Source of the DNA: an uncultured archaeon | Lineage (GTDB): Archaea > Iainarchaeota > Iainarchaeia > Iainarchaeales > UBA10191 | NCBI GenBank assembly: GCA_964535725.1 | Contig: CAZHUN010000080.1 | Location: 1-40,978 of the forward strand | DNA length: 40,978 nucleotides | Direction: 5' to 3' | Part shown: positions 17,151-25,740 of the stretch, one piece after another | Layout: the number at the start of each line of letters is the position of its first letter | Position numbering within the stretch: position 1 is the stretch's first letter | Program-made: the position numbers and the translations under genes | The notes under the pieces: generated by a model | What the model saw: only the letters and a program-made list of their open reading frames with translations | Databases searched by the model: none | Told to the model about the DNA's origin: nothing

Positions 17151-18782
17151 GTGAAGGATACAAAGTATATCGTTGTAACTGGCGGCGTAATGTCGGGATT
17201 GGGAAAAGGAATTGTATCCGCCTCCATCGGCAAATTGTTAAACCCGTTAAAAGTGGTTCCCGTCAAATGCGATGGGTATTTGAATGTGGATCCGGGAACC
17301 ATGAACCCAGTCGAACACGGAGAAGTGTTCGTGTTGGACGACGGTGGAGAAGTGGACATGGACTTCGGACACTATGAACGGTTCATGAACGTGGACTGCA
17401 AGTTCGAATGGAACTTGACTTCGGGAAAGATTTTTTTGGGCCTCATCGAGCAAGAGCGCAAGGGAGAGTTTCTGGGCAAAACCATCCAAGTCATTCCACA
17501 CGTGACGGGAGACATTCGCAGAAGATGGCAAGAAATTGGCCGCAAAGAAGACGCGGATGTGTTGCTCATCGAAATCGGGGGAACTGTGGGAGATGTGGAG
17601 AATTTGTGGTATTTGGAGGCAGTGCGAGAATTGGAACGCGAAAAAGGACACGACCACGTGTGTGTGGTCCACTTGGCGTATGTTCCCAGCATTGACGAGA
17701 ACGGACAGCAAAAAACCAAACCCACCCAACAATCGGTCGTGTTTTTGCGCGAGAGGGGATTGATGCCAGATATTATCATCGGAAGGAGCGAAAAATTGTT
17801 GGAAGAGTGGACGAAGAAAAAAATCGCCTGGCTGTGCAATGTCGAAACACCCAATGTAATCTCCGATCCAAACACGTCCAACGTGTACGAACTTCCCCTC
17901 ATTTTCGAACGAGAAGGACTGCGCGAACAGATTTGCGAACGATTGCAGTTGCGCGCGGAGGGAAACTTGAACGAGTGGTCGCGTAGAGTGGAGCGGTTGC
18001 AAAAAGCCCACGCGCAAACCACTATCGCGATTTGCGGAAAGTATACGGAATTGGCAGACTCGTACGCTTCCGTGCGCGAAGCCTTGAAACATGCGAGCGC
18101 AGAATTGGGAATTCTTTCCACCATCAAATGGGTAGAGACAACGGAAATCGAAAACGGACTGCAAACTGTGGAAGAGGCTTTGAGTGGAGTGGCGGGCGTC
18201 ATTGTTCCCGGCGGTTTCGGAAGCCGGGGAACGGAAGGAAAAATCCAAATCATCCAACACTGTCGCGAACACGACATTCCTTTCTTGGGACTTTGTTTGG
18301 GATTGCAATTGGCTGTCATTGAATTTGCGCGAAACAAGTGCAAACTCGAAAAGGCCAATAGCACGGAAATGGACGAACTCACTCCTTACCCTGTGATCGA
18401 CATTTTGCCCGACCAGCGCAAAGTCAACCGTAAAGGCGCTACCATGCGATTGGGGGCGTATACGGCAAAAATAGAAAAAGGGTCGAAAGTCGAAGAATTA
18501 TACAACGCCACCGAAGTTTTGGAACGCCACCGCCACCGTTTTGAAGTGAATCCTACCTTTCATGAAATTCTCGAACAGCATGGAATGAAATTTTCGGGAA
18601 AAAGTCCGGACGGAACCCTGGTCGAATTTGTGGAACTACCTTCACACCCTTTTTTCATCGCCACTCAATCCCATCCGGAGCTGAAATCGCGCTTGGAAAA
18701 GCCTGCCCCGTTGTTCGTGGGATTTTTGAAAGCGTGCGAGAAACCAATTTTGGCCGTGGAACCGCTTCCAAAAGCCGAATAA
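17151..18782 (+). CDS. pyrG: CTP synthase
   Basis: KYIVVTGGVMSGLGKGI, EIGGTVGD, and the glutaminase domain with GLCLGLQ and HRHRFEVN. The start is a GTG. Confidence 0.95.
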   Translation: MKDTKYIVVTGGVMSGLGKGIVSASIGKLLNPLKVVPVKCDGYLNVDPGTMNPVEHGEVFVLDDGGEVDMDFGHYERFMNVDCKFEWNLTSGKIFLGLIEQERKGEFLGKTIQVIPHVTGDIRRRWQEIGRKEDADVLLIEIGGTVGDVENLWYLEAVRELEREKGHDHVCVVHLAYVPSIDENGQQKTKPTQQSVVFLRERGLMPDIIIGRSEKLLEEWTKKKIAWLCNVETPNVISDPNTSNVYELPLIFEREGLREQICERLQLRAEGNLNEWSRRVERLQKAHAQTTIAICGKYTELADSYASVREALKHASAELGILSTIKWVETTEIENGLQTVEEALSGVAGVIVPGGFGSRGTEGKIQIIQHCREHDIPFLGLCLGLQLAVIEFARNKCKLEKANSTEMDELTPYPVIDILPDQRKVNRKGATMRLGAYTAKIEKGSKVEELYNATEVLERHRHRFEVNPTFHEILEQHGMKFSGKSPDGTLVEFVELPSHPFFIATQSHPELKSRLEKPAPLFVGFLKACEKPILAVEPLPKAE

Positions 18783-18822
18783 AAACCCAAAGATTTTAAT
18801 TCTAGAAACCCTTTTGTACAGC

Positions 18823-19149
18823 ATGGGACTTGGAGACTTGTTCAAAAAAAGAGATTTTCCCTCTCCGGGAAAAAAGGACGTGCTCGAATTTTCGCGGGAG
18901 ACTGTGGACGAAAAAATCGTCAAACTTTCTGCCGAAGGCCGCGCCAATGTCGGATTGGACGTTCGGTTGGAAGCGAACAGAACCGCGTTTCCGCAAGGGC
19001 CGGGCGTGCAAGGAGTAAGACTGTACATCGACTCGCGCTTGCGCGGTTCGGACAAGGATTCTGCTAGAAGAAGGTCTGGATTGGATTTTGGAACCCAACA
19101 AGTGTTGGAAAAGATTTTGGAAAAGTGCGTCGACCGTTACGTGCTCTAA
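18823..19149 (+). CDS. Hypothetical protein
   Basis: The ATG at 18823 lies 21-28 nt downstream of an A/T box (ttttaatt, 18795-18802). No motif recognised. Confidence 0.4.
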   Translation: MGLGDLFKKRDFPSPGKKDVLEFSRETVDEKIVKLSAEGRANVGLDVRLEANRTAFPQGPGVQGVRLYIDSRLRGSDKDSARRRSGLDFGTQQVLEKILEKCVDRYVL

Positions 19150-19851
19150 TTATCGCGCGAAAAACGCCACGTAAAATAAGGCCAAGCCGAACAAGATAAT
19201 GGCCAAGCCGATCCAAAAATTCAACCCGAATTTTTTCCGGACAATGACAAAACGGAAAAAGGCGGAAACTTGCAAGAGGATGGCTGCCAACGTGACGGCC
19301 AGCAACAACCAGCCAGAAATGTTTTGCAACGCAAGTGGATTAATTGTCAAAAAGTGTAGCATCGCGAAAATGTACGCAGGGTAGACGAGCCTGTGGATGC
19401 TCTTCCATTTGAAAAAACCGAGTTTTTGCACGGCCCAGTCCGTGGACGTCAAAAAGAGGGGAAGCAATAACCAAAAGCTGAACGCGCCGAACAGCGCGGG
19501 ATTGGAAAAGGGATTCAAGTCGAAAAAGATGTTTTGCGGGTTCCCTCCGAAGAAAAATGAAACTGCCAACCACATGTGCCAGGCGATAAACAGAAACCCC
19601 CACACTCCGAACAAGCGTCGATGGACGACGAAATTGTGCGTGGGAGACCATTGCGCTAAAGGTCCAAGGATGAGGGCGATGCCGATGAGCGAGGCCCCAG
19701 AAAATGCGGAAGCGCGAAGTAGAGACAAGGCGAGCGGAGTGGAGAGCGCGAAAAAATGGTATAAGAATTGTAACAACCAAAAGGCGAGAAAGGCGAGAGA
19801 GACTTTCAATACGTACTTCCAATCCTTGCGAGCGCCTTCGAACCATTCCAT
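19150..19851 (-). CDS. Ferric-reductase-like transmembrane (YedZ/MsrQ-like, putative dihaem) protein
   Basis: Six predicted TM helices. Two intramembrane His pairs are present: HRRLFGVWGFLFIAWH and HRLVYPAYIFAMLH (H-x12-H). Confidence 0.6.
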   Translation of the reverse strand: MEWFEGARKDWKYVLKVSLAFLAFWLLQFLYHFFALSTPLALSLLRASAFSGASLIGIALILGPLAQWSPTHNFVVHRRLFGVWGFLFIAWHMWLAVSFFFGGNPQNIFFDLNPFSNPALFGAFSFWLLLPLFLTSTDWAVQKLGFFKWKSIHRLVYPAYIFAMLHFLTINPLALQNISGWLLLAVTLAAILLQVSAFFRFVIVRKKFGLNFWIGLAIILFGLALFYVAFFAR

Positions 19852-19902
19852 GCAATATTCTTCCACCGCAAAGAATAAAAAAGAAAAAAAAGAGACTCCG
19901 GT

Positions 19903-20115
19903 CTATTGGCCGAAGTCTTGCAACAACTCGTTTTCCAAGGCTTGCGCGTCCGCATCCGAAAAGTCGGACGCGACAGTGGACGCTTCTTGCGCCAGGAGAT
20001 CCTGCGCGCCCAAGCCACTGTCTCCTGGCGGTTGGGGTGGAGCGGGTTGAGTGCAGCCGAACAGGACGAGCAAGGCGAGTAGAGCGAAGGCGAAAACCAC
20101 ATACGATCGGTTCAT
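19903..20115 (-). CDS. Small secreted lipoprotein (lipobox LFGC)
   Basis: MNRSYVVFAFALLALLVLFGC, followed by a Pro-rich and acidic 49-aa mature part. Confidence 0.5.
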   Translation of the reverse strand: MNRSYVVFAFALLALLVLFGCTQPAPPQPPGDSGLGAQDLLAQEASTVASDFSDADAQALENELLQDFGQ

Positions 20116-20123
20116 GATTTCAC

Positions 20124-21005
20124 CTACACTCCCACGCTGACGCCGGCATTGACGTCAAGGTTTACGTCCTCGCGTTGGTTCGAATCGTCGTCCGACTCGT
20201 CGGACTCGTTCTCGTCCGAACCGTTTCTGTCCTTTCGACGGTCTTCGATGCGGTCGCGAATGTCTTCGCGGTGTTTTTCGATACGTTCGCGAATTTCAAT
20301 CCGAACTTCCGAGTCTCCGGCCAGGAAACGACAACGCACGTCCTTGTCTTCATTATGGTTTAAGACGCACAATCTGTGGGCTAGAAACTTGCATTGTGGA
20401 GCATTCGGATTGTTTTTGCAGTATTCGACGACGCGTTCGCGGCATCGGATTTCGTTCGCGTCCCCGCACGGAATGTCGGAAATTTTCTGACATGCCGAGT
20501 CGCTGGAGTTTCGGTCGCAGTAGCGCTTGGCATCCTCTCCTAGTTCCACGGACTTGAACTTGCGCGCGTGGCCGATGATGTAGATGTTGAAAGTTCCTTC
20601 TCCGTTGATGTCAAGTCGGCCTTTCCAGATGTCTTTTCCCGGCTTTTCAACGCGCGTTAAGGACAAAGAACCAATGGTCGAGACTGTATTGCCGTCCAAT
20701 TTGACGATATTGGCGGTTGCGACGTTTCCGTCCAATTTTGCTTGCGCGAGTTGGAACTTTTCCCCGTCCAACTTGATCAGACCTCGGCCGAACACGTTGC
20801 CGTCGATTCGTTCAATCTCTCCCACGGCGATTTCGAGCTTTCGAATGTCGGAATCGTCGGCGGTATTGATGGCCAGTCCTGCCCCTACTACGAATAAAGT
20901 CTTGATGCGCGGTCCGTCGGACTCCGCAAACGCGGAAGGCGCAACGAGCAGCGCGGCCAAGGCCAGGGCGAAAACCGCCATTGCATGCTTGTACTTCACT
21001 TCCAT
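20124..21005 (-). CDS. Secreted protein with an 8-Cys module and an acidic/Arg-rich tail
   Basis: Signal peptide MEVKYKHAMAVFALALAALLVAPSAFA. KLDG repeats are present. Eight Cys fall within about 75 aa (RYC..SAC..IPC..IRC..EYC..PQC..RLC..VRC). The tail is charged (RERIEKHREDIRDRIEDRRKD...). Confidence 0.6.
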   Translation of the reverse strand: MEVKYKHAMAVFALALAALLVAPSAFAESDGPRIKTLFVVGAGLAINTADDSDIRKLEIAVGEIERIDGNVFGRGLIKLDGEKFQLAQAKLDGNVATANIVKLDGNTVSTIGSLSLTRVEKPGKDIWKGRLDINGEGTFNIYIIGHARKFKSVELGEDAKRYCDRNSSDSACQKISDIPCGDANEIRCRERVVEYCKNNPNAPQCKFLAHRLCVLNHNEDKDVRCRFLAGDSEVRIEIRERIEKHREDIRDRIEDRRKDRNGSDENESDESDDDSNQREDVNLDVNAGVSVGV

Positions 21006-21217
21006 CCACCTCCTTTCAATACAGAATGGAATCGTGTGAGCAAACAACGCGGTTTTTACTATAAAAGCATGCTTTGCGGGAAGGCATCGGAAGGAGAAAA
21101 TACCGCGTTTTTGGAAAACAAGGCCCTATTCGTTCTCTTTTTCCGCCAATCGGAACGGCTAAAGCGTCCTAAACCCTTCGGCCGAATTTTTAAGCGTTTA
21201 TGCTCTCTATTACTTCC

Positions 21218-21892
21218 ATGAAAGCGCGGGTGTTGGGTGCAATACTGCTGCTGTTTTCCCTTTCCGCGAGCGCGGCCACCATCCACGGTTCGGTGTACGA
21301 GTACTATTCGCTGGAAAAACTGCCCAACGCCATTGTCTCCATCAACTCTTTTCCCAACCAACAAGTGGTGGCCGAAAACGGGAACTATTTGTTTCAAGTG
21401 CCTCGCGGAAACTATACCTTGCAAGCCAAGTATGTCAAAGACGGGCAAATCGTATACGCGGGCGACCAAAACGTCTCCATCCTTTCCGATGGCAACTTCG
21501 AATACGACATTTTAGTATACTCTGTCGACGGAAAAATCCAACCCTCTGCTTCCGACGCGTGGAAAAACTATTTTTTCGCCGCAGTCTTGCTCGCCATCAT
21601 CGCCGGAATGGGATATCGTTTGTACCATCAAAAGCCTCCGCCCAAAGTGTTCGACGGCCAAAACTTGCAAACTCCCAAAAAATTCGAAATCGCGCGCTTG
21701 GACGAGAAAGCCAAAACCGTTTTGACCAAACTGCGCGATTGCGGGGGAAGATTGACGCAAAAAGAACTGCGCGAAAAGTTGCCGCAATACAGCGAGGCGA
21801 TGGTTTCGTTAATCGTTGCAGAACTGGAATCGGAAGGGAAAGTGAAAAAAATCAAGCAAGGCCGCGGGAACATTATTGTGGTGAAAGACTAA
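21218..21892 (+). CDS. Membrane-tethered winged-helix protein (signal peptide, CarboxypepD_reg-like beta-sandwich, TM, cytoplasmic wHTH)
   Basis: MKARVLGAILLLFSLSASA; IHGSVYEY...NGNYLFQVPRGNYTLQAKY; TM FFAAVLLAIIAGMGYRLY; C-terminal KTVLTKLRDCGGRLTQKELREKLPQYSEAMVSLIVAELESEGKVKK. An A/T box (atttttaagc, about 21185-21195) precedes the ATG at 21218. Confidence 0.6.
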   Translation: MKARVLGAILLLFSLSASAATIHGSVYEYYSLEKLPNAIVSINSFPNQQVVAENGNYLFQVPRGNYTLQAKYVKDGQIVYAGDQNVSILSDGNFEYDILVYSVDGKIQPSASDAWKNYFFAAVLLAIIAGMGYRLYHQKPPPKVFDGQNLQTPKKFEIARLDEKAKTVLTKLRDCGGRLTQKELREKLPQYSEAMVSLIVAELESEGKVKKIKQGRGNIIVVKD

Positions 21893-21946
21893 TTTCAATA
21901 AGCAATGTTTATGATGAAGAAAAATAATAAACCTTGTACAAATTTA

Positions 21947-22459
21947 CTATTTTTTTACCTTGTACAACAACTGCACTTCTTCCTTGCCTAATTTTCGGAC
22001 TTTCTTCAAGTCCAACTTCTTTTCGAAGCGCGCTTCTTGGAACAACGGAATGCCTTCGCCCAAAAGGACGGGTTGAACATCCACCAACATTTCGTCCACC
22101 AAATTTTGTTGTACGAATTCAGCGTAGATTGAACTGCCGCCGCCGATGACGGCAGTCTTGAACTTTTTTTGTTTCAAGAACGCAAGCGCCTGTTTCGGAC
22201 TGCGGGCAATGAAAACGTTTTTCCCGTACTTTCCCCGCTCGGCCGAGGAAGAAACCACGACCATCTGCACGCCGCGCAAGGGAAAGACGTTCGTTTTCAA
22301 TCCGATTTCGAACGCGGTGCGGCCTTGCACCACGTTGCCGGCTTTTTTACACTCTTTCACGAACCCGTTCCACGAGCGCGAAGAAACAAAGCCCTCGTCC
22401 AAATTCGAGCGCGCGATAAAACCGTTCAAGGAAGTCGCGACTACGATTCTCGTTTTCAT
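21947..22459 (-). CDS. Dihydrofolate-reductase-like / RibD C-terminal domain protein
   Basis: MKTRIVVATSLNGFIA...VVQGRTAFE...VIGGGSSIYAEF...VDEMLVDVQPVLLGEGIPLF. The track ORF up to 22714 is an extension antisense to acyP. Confidence 0.75.
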   Translation of the reverse strand: MKTRIVVATSLNGFIARSNLDEGFVSSRSWNGFVKECKKAGNVVQGRTAFEIGLKTNVFPLRGVQMVVVSSSAERGKYGKNVFIARSPKQALAFLKQKKFKTAVIGGGSSIYAEFVQQNLVDEMLVDVQPVLLGEGIPLFQEARFEKKLDLKKVRKLGKEEVQLLYKVKK

Positions 22460-22480
22460 GCCAAATGAGAGCGCGAAATC

Positions 22481-22488
22481 GTTTAAAC
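22481..22488. promoter_or_regulatory. Perfect palindromic TATA-like box GTTTAAAC shared by divergent genes
   Basis: The spacer between the ATG at 22459 (-) and the ATG at 22512 (+) is 52 nt, and the box is centred in it. Confidence 0.5.
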
Positions 22489-22511
22489 GGCTTTCTTTCC
22501 AATTTCGTTGC

Positions 22512-22778
22512 ATGCCCGCCTTGCACGCGAAAGTGTTTGGAAAAGTGATTGGCGTGGGCTTTCGGGGCTTTGTGTGGGAGTGCTGCGAGCAATTGCTTCT
22601 TTCGGGATGGACGAAGAATTGTCGCGATGGGAGCGTGGAAGTGTGGGCGGAAGGGGAACGGAAAAAACTCGAAAGGCTTCTCGAAGCATTGGAAAAAGGG
22701 CCCAATACGGCCAACGTCGAGCGCGTGGAAGTTTCGTGGGAGCCGGAGACAGGCGCAAAAGGGTTTCACGTGCATTGA
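22512..22778 (+). CDS. acyP: Acylphosphatase
   Basis: VFGKVIGVGFRGFVWECCEQLLLSGWTKNCRDGSVEVWAEG...GPNTANVERVEV matches V-x-G-x-V-Q-G-V-x-F-R and G-W-V-x-N-x-x-D-G-x-V. Confidence 0.85.
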   Translation: MPALHAKVFGKVIGVGFRGFVWECCEQLLLSGWTKNCRDGSVEVWAEGERKKLERLLEALEKGPNTANVERVEVSWEPETGAKGFHVH

Positions 22779-22810
22779 GTTCGGCCGGAAAAGCGGAAAA
22801 AGCGGGAAAG

Positions 22811-22845
22811 GTTCGGATTGCAAAGCGGCGCGTTCGGATTGCAAA
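22811..22845 (+). repeat. Exact 14-nt direct repeat GTTCGGATTGCAAA x2 (21-nt period) upstream of nrdAB
   Basis: Copies lie at 22811-22824 and 22832-22845. A degenerate third copy (GTTCGGccgGaAAA) lies at 22779-22792. The second copy forms GGATT-GCAA-AATCC. Confidence 0.6.
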
Positions 22846-22870
22846 ATCCGTCCGAGGGGGGCAGTTGCGC

Positions 22871-22883
22871 TAAATTTTTAAAG
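22871..22883 (+). promoter_or_regulatory. TATA-like box (TAAATTTTTAAAG) for nrdAB with a leader of about 40-45 nt and an AGGAGG at 22937-22942
   Basis: It is the only strong A/T box in the 172-nt intergenic region. A Shine-Dalgarno-like AGGAGG lies 9 nt before the ATG at 22951. Confidence 0.4.
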
Positions 22884-22950
22884 CCAAAGCACGTTTACTT
22901 TAGGCTCACCAATACTTTTTTGTTGCGAAGACTGTCAGGAGGAGAGGCGA

Positions 22951-25740
22951 ATGGCGTTACACCATATCAAAAAGCGGAACGGAACCATTGCGGTTTTCGA
23001 CTCGCGCAAGATTGACCACGCCATTGCCAAAGCGTTCGAAGCCGTGCGCGGAAAAGCGGATTTGGAAAAGACGAAAGTGTTGTCCGAAAATGTGGTCGAG
23101 AATATCGAAACGCGTTTTGGAAACGCCATTCCCGAAGTGGAAGGCGTGCAAGACTTGGTCGAACGCGTGCTGATGGAAAACGGTTTTTTCGACGTGGCCA
23201 AAGCGTACATTTTGTACAGAGAAAGGCACCGCGAACTGCGCCAAGAGCGCCAGAAAGAATTGTGGGACAGGATTGACCAGGGAAAATTGTCCGTGACCAA
23301 GCGCGACGGCAGCAAGCAGACGTTTTCGCACGCCAAGCTCGTGCACTCTTTCGCCCAAGCGTGCAAAGGGTTTGAAGGCGTGGTGGACGTGCAACAGATT
23401 GTGCGCCAGTGCGAGGCCGGATTGTATGACGGGATTTCTTCCAAAGAGATTTCGCAACTCACCGTGAATACAGCCAAATCGTACATCGAACGCGATCCGG
23501 CGTTCGAATCGATTACCGCCCGTTTGTTTTTGGCCAACCTGTACCAAGAAGCGTTTCGCGGCGGGCACTCGGAAGAAGAACTGGAAAAAGCCTATCGCAG
23601 TGCGTTCGTGCAAAACGTTCAGCGCGAGGTCGAAGTGGGATTGCTGGCGAAAGAAATGCTCGACTTCGACTTGGAAAAACTGTCGGAAAAAATCGTCATC
23701 GAACGCGACTTGTTGTTGGGGTACCGGGGATTGCAAACCTTGTACGACCGTTATTTTTTAGTGGATAGAGAACGGGCGCGAAGGCTCGAAGCGCCGCAGA
23801 TGTTTTGGATGCGCGTGGCCATGGGACTCGCGTCGAAAGAAGAAGCGAAAGAAGAACGGGCGGTCGAATTCTACGAAGTCATGAGCGCGTTGCGCTATGT
23901 GCCTTCCACGCCCACCTTGTTGAATACCGCGACCCGATTTCCCCAATTGAGTTCGTGCTTTCTCACGACAGTCGAAGACGATCTCGAGCACGTGTTCAAG
24001 ACGTTTGCCAACAACGCTATGCTGTCCAAATGGTCGGCGGGATTGGGAAACGATTGGACGAACGTGCGCGCGGCCGGAAGCATTGTCCAAAGTTCGGGAG
24101 TGGAAATGCAAGGCGTAGTTCCCTTTTTGCGCGTGGCCAACGATACAACGATTGCTATCAACCGTTCGGGAAAACGAAGAGGAGCCACTTGTGCCTACCT
24201 AGAAACGTGGCATTTTGAAATCGAAGACTTTTTGGATTTGAGAAAAAACACGGGAGACGAGCGTAGGAGAACGCACGACATGAACACGGCGAACTGGATT
24301 CCGGACTTGTTCATGAAGCGCGTGCAAGACGATGGCGAATGGACCTTGTTTTCTCCCAACGAAGTTCCCGAACTGCATCATTTGTACGGAAAAGCGTTCG
24401 AAGAAAAGTATTGCAAGTATGAAGAAATGGCCAGGCGCGGAGAAATTAAATTGCACAAAACTTTGCGTGCCAAAGACTTGTGGAAAAAAATGTTGACTTC
24501 GTTGTACGAAACCGGCCACCCGTGGATTGTGTTCAAAGACCCGTGCAACATCCGCTCGCCCCAAGATCATGTGGGAGTCGTGCACTCTTCAAACTTGTGC
24601 ACGGAAATCACGCTCAACACGTCGCGCGAAGAAATTGCCGTCTGCAACTTGGGAAGCGTCAACCTTTCCAAACACGTGTTGAACGGAAAATGGAACGAAG
24701 CCCTGTTGCGCGATACAGTAAAAACTGCCGTACGCATGCTGGACAATGTCATCGACATCAACTTTTATCCCATTCCCGAAACAAAAACCTCAAACATGCG
24801 CCATCGACCCATTGGATTGGGAGTCATGGGATTTCAAGACGCATTGTATGCCATGAATGTAAACTTTGATTCTGACGAAATGGTCGAATTGGCGGACGAA
24901 AGCATGGAAATTATTGGCTATTATTCCATTCTCGCCTCGTCCGAACTCGCCAAAGAAAGAGGCAAGTATGAATCCTACAACGGAAGCAAATGGGACCGCA
25001 ACATTTTTCCTCTTGATTCCCTAGACTTGCTCGAAAAAGAGCGCGGAGTGCCGATAGAAATTCCACGCACCGCGCGCTTGGACTGGAACAAAGTGCGCGA
25101 GTCAGTGAAACAATGCGGAATGCGCAATTCCAATTGTTTGGCGATTGCGCCAACCGCCACCATTGCTAACATCGCCGGATGTTTTCCCAGCATCGAGCCC
25201 ATTTACAAGAACATTTACGTGAAAAGCAACATGTCGGGCGAATTCACGGTCGTCAACCATTACCTGGTGGAAGACTTGAAAGAGCTCGGACTCTGGAACC
25301 AGACCATGTTGGAGCTGGTGAAAGCGCACGACGGAAACTTGCAAAATATTTCGATGATTCCAAGCGCGTTGAAAAACAAGTACAAAGAAACCTTCGAAAT
25401 CGACGCCGAATGGTTGGTCAAGGCGGCTGCCGCGCGCGGAAAATGGATCGACCAGTCGCAAAGTTTGAACATTTTTACTTCGACCACTTCGGGAAAGCGC
25501 TTGAGCGACATTTACTTGTACGCGTGGAAAAAAGGGTTGAAGACCACATACTACTTGCGCACGCTCGGAGCGAGCAGCATCGAAAAGAGCACGGTCGGAC
25601 TGCAACAACAAAAAAATGTGGTTGTTGAATCTCCTTCCGCTCCAAAAATTGCACAAACCATTGTCGCGGGTTCGGGCGAAACCGTTTCCGAAGTGAAAGC
25701 GTGCCTGTTGGACGATCCGACGTGCGAAGCGTGCCAGTGA
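22951..25740 (+). CDS. nrdA: Ribonucleoside-diphosphate reductase alpha subunit, class I, with two N-terminal ATP-cone-like modules
   Basis: Cone 1 is HIKKRNGTIAVFDSRKIDHAI...AKAYILYR. Cone 2 is LSVTKRDGSKQTFSHAKLV. The active-site block SSNLCTEI and the C-terminal redox pair CEAC are present. No intein-like insertion was seen. Confidence 0.95.
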   Translation: MALHHIKKRNGTIAVFDSRKIDHAIAKAFEAVRGKADLEKTKVLSENVVENIETRFGNAIPEVEGVQDLVERVLMENGFFDVAKAYILYRERHRELRQERQKELWDRIDQGKLSVTKRDGSKQTFSHAKLVHSFAQACKGFEGVVDVQQIVRQCEAGLYDGISSKEISQLTVNTAKSYIERDPAFESITARLFLANLYQEAFRGGHSEEELEKAYRSAFVQNVQREVEVGLLAKEMLDFDLEKLSEKIVIERDLLLGYRGLQTLYDRYFLVDRERARRLEAPQMFWMRVAMGLASKEEAKEERAVEFYEVMSALRYVPSTPTLLNTATRFPQLSSCFLTTVEDDLEHVFKTFANNAMLSKWSAGLGNDWTNVRAAGSIVQSSGVEMQGVVPFLRVANDTTIAINRSGKRRGATCAYLETWHFEIEDFLDLRKNTGDERRRTHDMNTANWIPDLFMKRVQDDGEWTLFSPNEVPELHHLYGKAFEEKYCKYEEMARRGEIKLHKTLRAKDLWKKMLTSLYETGHPWIVFKDPCNIRSPQDHVGVVHSSNLCTEITLNTSREEIAVCNLGSVNLSKHVLNGKWNEALLRDTVKTAVRMLDNVIDINFYPIPETKTSNMRHRPIGLGVMGFQDALYAMNVNFDSDEMVELADESMEIIGYYSILASSELAKERGKYESYNGSKWDRNIFPLDSLDLLEKERGVPIEIPRTARLDWNKVRESVKQCGMRNSNCLAIAPTATIANIAGCFPSIEPIYKNIYVKSNMSGEFTVVNHYLVEDLKELGLWNQTMLELVKAHDGNLQNISMIPSALKNKYKETFEIDAEWLVKAAAARGKWIDQSQSLNIFTSTTSGKRLSDIYLYAWKKGLKTTYYLRTLGASSIEKSTVGLQQQKNVVVESPSAPKIAQTIVAGSGETVSEVKACLLDDPTCEACQ

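Noticed and set aside
22779-22950. Bacterial NrdR boxes upstream of nrdA
   Set aside because: The repeats are direct, 14 nt long with a 21-nt period. They do not resemble the palindromic 16-bp acaCwAtATaTwGtgt NrdR box pair, and no nrdR gene is in the window.
22951-25740. Intein or large insertion explaining the 929-aa length of NrdA
   Set aside because: The extra length is explained by a second N-terminal ATP-cone-like module. The catalytic blocks are contiguous, and no LAGLIDADG/HNH or splice-junction motifs were seen.
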